DNA of 64,000 nt from the human T2T-CHM13v2.0 reference genome, Homo sapiens, in the NCBI RefSeq assembly GCF_009914755.1, contig NC_060934.1; one strand, 5' to 3'. The position numbers were made by a program, and so were the translations under genes. Below the pieces are notes generated by a model. That model saw nothing but the letters and a program-made list of their open reading frames with translations. It had not been told where the DNA came from and ran no database searches. Of the stretch, positions 56,291 to 64,000 are shown one piece after another (within the stretch, counting starts at the first letter, position 1; each line of letters starts with the position of its first letter).

Positions 56291-58714
56291 GTTCATTCAT
56301 TCATTCATCAGATAAATCCTCTCTGGCTGTACTTCCCTGCCCACTGACACAGAGCAGGAGCACAGCATGCATTAGCTGAATGAATCATGTCAAAGGGAAC
56401 CAATTCCTCCTTAGGTCATGGGACATGCCAGGAGTCAGCACTCACTTTGTTTGGGTACAGGCAGGACCCTGGCTTGGGGAGTAGAAGAGGGAGCTGTGAT
56501 TTGGGGTGCAAGCATCCTATAGGGCTAACTAGCTGGGGACCAGGCTTACCTGGGTCCTTGGCCTCGTTCTGAGTTCTGCCTTGGCTACTCTCCAGATCAC
56601 AGAGTACCCGTCAGATCCATGCACACAGTAGAAGGAGTCAGGGAACCTCTGCAGATGTCTGTGCCTGCAGGGAGTGTTTCCATACAACCCCTGGGCTTGG
56701 GCATTGGAAGCAGAGGCTGTGCTCATTTAAATGCCTTAAGCATTTCCAACCCCTTGCCTTTTCCATATGGGAGCCCCAGGGTGGGTGTTGCTGCTGACCA
56801 GCTCCTCGTCCTCCCTCGCATCTCTGGAACTCCTGCCCTGACCCACAATGCTCACTCCTGCTGCACTCCCGACCTCCTCCAGAGCAGCCTTCCCTCACAG
56901 CTCAACACCTTTACCTTCAGCCCTCCTTTTCCTTCTTTTCCGGATAATGATTTTTGTAGTTAATGAGGTTCCCCCTCCCAGTTCTCTAATTACATGACTC
57001 TGCGGTCAAATTTAGTAACCATCCAGCTATCTATTTATACACCACTGGGCTTCTCAGCTCTTCCTCCTGAGGTTCTTCCATGACCCTGTTATTTCTCACC
57101 ACTGTAGCAAATGAAGTATGTCTTGAAGAAGATGGTTATTTCCCCTGAAAGGACTCTCGGTATGTGAAGAGACACTGCTGTTGTGAATAATTAGCAGAAA
57201 TATTGTTGGGATGCTTGGTCTTAAGACTAAGTGTTTGAAAGCTCGGTTAATGCTCGTCTGGAATTGCCTAATGTTCTTATAGGTTTTCTCACTATTAAAG
57301 TGGAACCTCATAATGATGCCCAAAAGGAATTGCCCTTCCTTGTCAATCATATTTATCACAGAACATCTCAATCAACTTATGAAATCCTTCTTGAACATTT
57401 GTTGAACCCAGTAATGTGCTGTGAGCTCTAGGGAAATGGCTGGGGGAGCTTTCAAGGAATAGATCCTCAAGCCTCATCCCAGGATTCCTGGGATCAGAAA
57501 CTATCTGCCAGAGTCTAATATGCAGCCAGGGTGGAAAACAACTCCAGGGCAAGAGTTCCTTAGCCTCTGGAAATTTGGAAGTGTATGCAGAGAGTACCAG
57601 CTGTGCATCTGCACAGTGCTGGGCACTCTTGTGGCTATTAGCTCACCTTTCTAGTTCTATTACCTTGACCAAGTTTCTCACACTCCATAAGCACAGGTGC
57701 AGATCCACCTCAGAGTCAAAAGGTCACACAACCAAGGGGTGGCAGAGCCTAAATCTCTCTGGCTACAAAATCCATGCCTTTTCCACCCCATCAAGGTATT
57801 TATGCCAGGAAGAGACACCAGGCCATGCATAATTAAATGGCAAATCCTTGGTTCTGATTCTGTAGGCATTTAGCTGAGACAGTGGGGAGATCCATGGAGT
57901 ATGGAGAATTCAGCCAAGATTTTGCTGAGGAGGAGAGATTAAAGTGGGACTTGACAGATCCCTGTGATGAGCTTGGAAAACAGAAGCAGATAATGTTTCC
58001 TCCATTGCTGGACAAAATGAGAGCATTTCGCAGGTTTGGCTGATGATTTCATTGTAAACAGGTGAGTGTGTGGAGAGTGGTGGTATAAGGAAGGTGGCGG
58101 TGGATGCAGTTGGCAGTTCACTTCCCAGGCTGGACTTTCTGGAATTTGTGCTCCCCTAGGGGGCCATTGCCTCGTCAGCTTTGTAGGTTTAGAACTTCAG
58201 TTTTTTCAATTGGCCGGGCACTGTGGTTCTGGGGAATGGATTCGTTGTGGCTAAACAGGACTCTGCTCTCAGGGGAATGAGGTACATAACTGGCGTGGAC
58301 ATTTACAACAGAAGGCTTCTCCAGCAGGAAGTTAGGGGCCAGCCACATGTACCTGCAGAGGAGGGCCACTGCCTCCTGGGGCTGTGGTCAGGAAGGGTGC
58401 TTGAGAAGGGTCCCATCCTGAATCAGAATGTTGCCTGAGGAGTGCAGAATAAGAGCAAAAAAGGTTGGATATTCACAAGGAATATTTCCTCCTACTTATC
58501 CTGAAGATACTTTTGTCTCATTCAGAAGTGTTTATTATTAGAACCAGACCAACCATTCAACTGGACAGGAGATACTCAAAACATTGTTTCTCCATGGCTT
58601 TTGTCTTTCTGTACTCCACACAATGTCCAATGTATTATGACAGCTTTATCAAGATAACATATAGTCAATCAGATACAACTTATCTGGTCAGTATACTTTT
58701 ACCTGTTTAATGGG

Positions 58715-58962
58715 AATTCATTTTTTATTGCAGTTATATATATAATATATATTATATATTGCATTTATATACATGTCTATATATCATAAAATTTTACCAT
58801 TTTAACCATTTCCACATGGACAGTTCAGTGGCATTAGGTACATTCACATTGTTTTGCAACCATCACCACCACCCATCTCCAGAACTTATTAATTTTTCCA
58901 AGTGTAAACTGTGTACCCATTAAACATGAACTCCCCCTTTCCCCCTTCCCCAGCCCCTTGTA
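58715..58962 (-). mobile_element. L1MB-type 3' end fragment
   Basis: cagttcagtggcattaggtacattcacattgttttgcaaccatcaccacc. Confidence 0.8.
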
Positions 58963-59568
58963 TCCCTGATGGGACTTTAAGACACTCCAGGAAAAAACTC
59001 CTCACACGTGTATAAGTCTTACCTGGGGATCATGTTTAAAGAAGGATTCCTAGATCTCCCCTTTAGAGATTCTGATTCCACAGGTCTGGAGTGAGGTCTG
59101 GGAGCCTGTTTCTGTGATTCTGATGCACGTGGTCCAGGAACCTTATAGGAAGAAGTTCACTCTATCCGAGTACACCAAACAGTCTGCCAGCCCCACAAGC
59201 CCATCTCTACCTAAAAGTCCTCCTTGCTGATGAGCAGTGATTAGTGTTCCCTGACCAAAGGATTCAGAAGATGTGTGATTCCTCTCCCTTCTCCCTCAAC
59301 TCTCTGGCTCATTTCCAAACACATGAGGAACACCAATTTCTGAGCCTGTGAAATATTTATCCTCTCCTCTCTGCATCCTTTACAATCACTCTGCTGCAAG
59401 GCTGTTTTTCTTTGACAGCCCCTTGAGGGCTGTAGTAGAGGCTGTTTGAAATGATCTATATATTTCCATTGACTAAGAACTGGGACAATTCCAGAAAATT
59501 TGGGCTTTCTGTGTGCATGCGTGTCTGTCTATATAAATGTTCATATTTACATTTCTACTGTGTTACAT

Positions 59569-59750
59569 CAGTGGTTCTCAAAGTGTGGTCCCTGGGCCAG
59601 CAGCATTAGTATCATCTGGAAACTTGTTAGAAATGCAGATTCTTGTCCTCATGCCTGGCCCATGGAAACTCTGAAGGTGGGAACCCGCAATCTATGGTTT
59701 ACCAAGCACTTTGGGTGATTCTGGTGCATGTTTGTGTTTGTGAACTGCCG
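59569..59750. mobile_element. MER5A
   Basis: cagtggttctcaaagtgtggtccc...cagcagcatt...cttgttagaaatgcagattct. Confidence 0.85.
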
Positions 59751-60624
59751 CTTTAAATACGGTGTCTAATTTAACCCTCACAAAAGCACTGAGAAAACTC
59801 TCATTAAGGAGAAGATAAAGAAATCCAGAAAGGCTAAAGAGAAGGGTTGCCTAGGTCTTCTCTAAAGTCCCAGCCTGGACCGATGTGGGGTCCCTGGGCC
59901 TGGCTGGCAGGTAGCACTCTATCACATTTCCCCCTCTTTCTAGCAGCCAGATGCCACCTATAAAGAAAGGCTCCTCCAGGCCTTCGCAAACACAGACAAG
60001 GAGAATAGGAGGAAGGAGAAAGAGGCCCAGAAGAGCATGTAAATGGGTATGGCCCAGAGAGCATTAAAGAGAGTGTAACCCATGGTTTGGCATTAGGTGT
60101 TCGATGAAAAGGCAGCTGGGTAGCATCTTTCTGCACTGCTTCCCTCTGTCCCACATACAGCCAGCTTGCCCACCCCCAGAGGGCTTCCTTCAGCATCAGC
60201 AGCTGGCTGTGCTCAGCAGGAGGTGGCAGCCAAGGCTCCTTTTGGGAAGTGTCATTAGTCAGGATGGGAGTGCTTCATGCGTGGTGGGTGAACAGGAGTG
60301 CAGAAGGCCAGATGTTGGTTCTGGGACTGAGAAAGAATTGGCACCAATGCCATTTGGTCTCAGCTGTTGCATCCTGTGACCTCAGGGAACTGCAGCGTTT
60401 GCTGCTTGTAAGCCAGCTGTTTATGGTGCCTCTGAATAAGGATAAAATCCCTCACTAGCTGTTTTTTTGATCCTTTAAAGTTCACTTTGATCAGTGTAAA
60501 GTTTGTTAATGGAAAATCAGTGTGCTTTTAAAATGACTCTGGTTCTGGCCAAGAGGCTGCTGGACATTCGATTATTGTCTTACATCTTTCTCCTGGTCCT
60601 GCCTGAGGTTTGGTAGAGCTGGTG

Positions 60625-60810
60625 GTGAATTCATTCAACCAATATTAGGGAGCTCCTGCTCTGTGCCAGGCAAGGATCTAGGTGTAGAGGATACAGCAAT
60701 GAGCAGACTGCCACTGCCTTCACGGAGCTTCCCTTCTAGAGGTAGAGGAGAGACGTTCTTTTTTTCGGTTATCTGTGATAGATGGTATGAAGAAAATGAA
60801 ATAGAATGAT
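60625..60810 (-). mobile_element. L2 3' fragment
   Basis: attcattcaacc...ctgtgccaggc...ggatacagcaatgagcagac...ggagctt. Confidence 0.7.
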
Positions 60811-60813
60811 ATG

Positions 60814-61300
60814 GTATTAGGTATCTATTGCTGAATAATACACCACTCTAAAACTCAGTGGCTTAAATAATAACTGTTCAATTTGTCCACAATTCTACAA
60901 TCAGGGCTGGGCTCAGCAGGGCTGTTCTTACTAGTCTTGCTGATGGTCACCCATGTGGCTGCATTCTGCTGGCAGGTCACCAGGTGTTGTCTGGGGTCAT
61001 CTGAGATCAGTGGGGCCTCGCTCTCTCTCTCCATATAGTGGCAAGTCTCTCTTCTATGGGGTATGTTCACAAAGTCTCTTTAGGTGAGGACTCTTTAGCA
61101 GGACTTCCTGCACTGGGCCTCTAGGCTTCCATGAGCACAGACATGGAAGCTACTAGGCCTTCTTAATGCACAGCATCACCTCTGCTATATTTTATGGTTA
61201 ACACAAGTCACCAGACCAGCTCAGATTTAAGGGGACAGGACTATGTATGGTATGAATACTGGAGGCATTGTGTATTGGAGGCCACCAATTAAAACACTAT
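60814..61300 (-). mobile_element. MLT1 (G/H-like) MaLR LTR
   Basis: tatctattgctg...aaaactcagtggcttaaa...gggctgggctcagc...caagtcac...cagattta. Confidence 0.75.
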
Positions 61301-61791
61301 TCTAGATATGGTATTTAGGATAGTTAGACTAATGGGGCGGGCTGCTTGAGGAAGGTTTGCTGAGGCTTGACCGGCAGTGCAGAGCCAGACAGGTGATGAT
61401 GAGGGGATGGGGAGGGGAGTGTGGGCAATCTAGGTTGGGACAGTGTGACTTTCTCTACTACTATGCCCTCCTTACCTTCTGCTTCCAAGGGGAAGCTGGA
61501 TAGGGCCTCCTATTTGAAAGGAGTGAGAAAAACAGAAGGAGGAAAATGGAAGGAGGAAAACCAGAAGTAGTCAGTCATTAGTCAACAGAGAGACCAGGAG
61601 AACCAGGATTGAAAGAATGGCCTGGGACATTTCCCCAGACTGCTTCATGAGCACCTCTGAAAAATAGCAAGATGCCCAGCCACTGGCCCTTTGCAGGTAA
61701 TGAGTGCAATTTGGGGCTTCAACTCTAAAGAAGATCTTCTGGGTGGCACCACTGTTGTTATTTTGCTTTTTTTAAAAAAAATTAAAAAAAA

Positions 61792-62022
61792 TTTTTTTAG
61801 AGACACAGTTTTACTCTGTCACCCAGGCTGGAGGCAGTGGGATGATCATAGCTCACTGCAGCCTCAACCTCCTGGGCTCAAGTGATCCTTCTGCCTCAGC
61901 CTCCCAAGTAGATGGGACTACAGGAGCATGCCACCATGCCCAGTTAGTTATTATTATTATTAGTAGTATTTGTAGAGATGGGGTGTAACTATATTGCCCA
62001 GGCTAGTCTTGAACTCCTGGCC
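61792..62022 (-). mobile_element. AluJ, 5'-truncated
   Basis: gatcatagctcactgcagcctcaacctcctgggctcaagtgatcc. Confidence 0.88.
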
Positions 62023-64000
62023 TGCTTTGCTTCTTGAGAGAGGTACCTATGCAGAAGGTTCTCAAATTGTTCTCAAATGTAAAGCTTCTGAAAGCAGCCC
62101 TTGGGACTATGTGTTTGTTGGTAATAATACAGATAGAATCAAGAAGGCTTGAACCACTTCTTTCTTAGAATATGGCTTATTGACCAAATGTCTCAAAATC
62201 ACCCAGAAGCATGGTAAAATGCAGAATCCCAGGCCCAGTCTGATGGATTAATCAGAGTCTGTAGGACACAAGCCCCAGGAATGAACACTGTAACTGTGGT
62301 CTTCAAATGATCCATGTGCTCCTGAAAGATCCTTAAACCTTCTGCGGCCCCAGATGGAGTTATATTTGGAAATGAAGTTATGTTTAGAAATGAAGTGTGG
62401 AATCATCCTTTGGGACCCAGTTCAAATGTCACCTCCTCCAAGAAGCCTTCCTGACTGTTCACCCATGTACTGGAGGATTTAGCATACATTGTTACACATC
62501 TGTTGCTCAGCAATGAGAGCTGCTAACAATGGTAATACGTTGTATTTGGGTTTCTGTCCCTGGTGCGAGTGAATAAATTAATAGAAGGAACACCAAGGAA
62601 CATCTTGTAGATCCCCTTGTTTAGGAATGAAGAACCTGGCACCTATGCAGCGAAGTGGCCAGCTCAAGGCCACACGGATGACAGTGCAGAGCTAGGACTA
62701 GTATCCAGGCTACTTCTGGACTCCTTGTCCAGTGCCCATTTCTCTCGCTCAGGCCAGCATCCTCGTTCAGGTGACTGGCAAGTCAGTTTCATTTAGAACT
62801 TAAATCCTGACAGTTTTCCTGCCCTTTTCCCAACCTCACTGTATAGTGTGAAAGTCGTATCCTATCCAGACCTCTGACATCCTCTGTTGCTACCCCGACT
62901 TGGGCCTGAGCTGGGAACAAGGGCAAGATTTTGCTAGGAGGTCTCTGAAGTGTCTTCAGGCCCGGCCTCCAGCTTCAGGTAGGGCATGTGTTTATTCTGT
63001 CTCTCTCTGCTTTCCTTCAGTTCGCAGCCCGCCAAGCCCGTTTGGCGAGCGTCCTCCCAGCTTCCTCTGAATTAATATAAATGGCTGCTGAGGGTGTCTC
63101 CCACTTCATTGTGAGCCACTAAGGGCTCAGGGTGCGATTTGCATATTGCTAATTACAGTTGATTCCAACTTTAGAGAAAATCATTGATCCGTTTATAACT
63201 TACAGTAATTTGCAAAGCAATTACCTTCTGGCATCTTCTTTCTTGCTGAAAATGTGTCATTATTTTTCTCTATGTTTCTTTTGAAAGAAAAATGATCTGG
63301 GCATTATCACTATGAAGGACCAACTTCTCTGAAAGCCTGGAAGATGTAAATAAGTAAAATCATGGAGGGCTGGAACTATGACCTAAGACTCTTTAAATCA
63401 TACTCATCGCCCGCACATAGTAGGTGTGCAATCCATCTTTGGCTGAAAGAATAAATTGGAAACATCTTACATGGAATGTGTGATTGATACAGACACTGTG
63501 GGCAACTTTCTTCTCTGGTGTGGTGTGGGGGTGGGCGGCAGGTAGAGCCTCTTGAAGCTGGCCATCCAGGCTGGAATCCTCAACCTTCCTCTTGCTGGCT
63601 TTGTGAATTTAAAGAAAGATGCCCTTTTGTACCTCACATGTAAAGTGGAAGGGCAAGCTGTGCCTGCTTCCCTAGGTTTGATATAAAGATCAAACAAGAT
63701 GATATAGGTAATATGTGGTAGATGTTAAGTTATTGTTAGTGATTAATTTGCACTGATTCTTGGCATTGTTTGTTATGATTCAATAGGCAGATTGTCAATA
63801 TCCAGCCAGACGCCTCTAAGCAGTGAAAAAGGGCTCTATGCTGTGGACTGAGAGGACGCTGATGGTTGACCAGCCTCTGTTAACCTGCTGAAAGGAGTCC
63901 TATGAGCAGCAGGAAAACAGGCAGACCAGTCACAATTGGCCCAGAGGGCATTCATATGGGACACAGGGTTTTGGTGGAAAGTCCTTGACTTTCGAGAGCT

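Noticed and set aside
58152-58170. CTCF-like motif (cccctagggggcc); similar weak matches near 60215 and 63938
   Set aside because: Partial matches of this quality are expected by chance in 64 kb and cannot be supported without ChIP data.

Overview
Primate, almost certainly human, genomic DNA: an Alu at 39003-39318 carries the diagnostic AluYb8 changes, and that subfamily is human-specific. The first ~5.3 kb hold the last two coding exons and 3' UTR of a coiled-coil ciliary gene that I recognise as CFAP58 (CCDC147). The remaining ~59 kb look intergenic and are dominated by Alu, L1, L2, MIR, hAT MITE and LTR relics. Most ORFs in the supplied track are repeat-derived or chance ORFs. The most unusual structure is a ~10.85 kb composite (9571-20417) inside an old L1M element, bounded by a perfect 42-bp direct repeat with an L1-endonuclease-type junction and a poly(A) tail. 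It contains an L1PA8-like 3' fragment, a near-complete HERV-L provirus lacking its 3' LTR, a second inverted HERV-L 5' end (so two MLT2A1 5' LTRs face each other), and an out-of-order L1M ORF2 piece. I see no evidence of a new protein-coding system. Repeat subfamily names come from my memory of consensus sequences, and the boundaries of old repeats are approximate.
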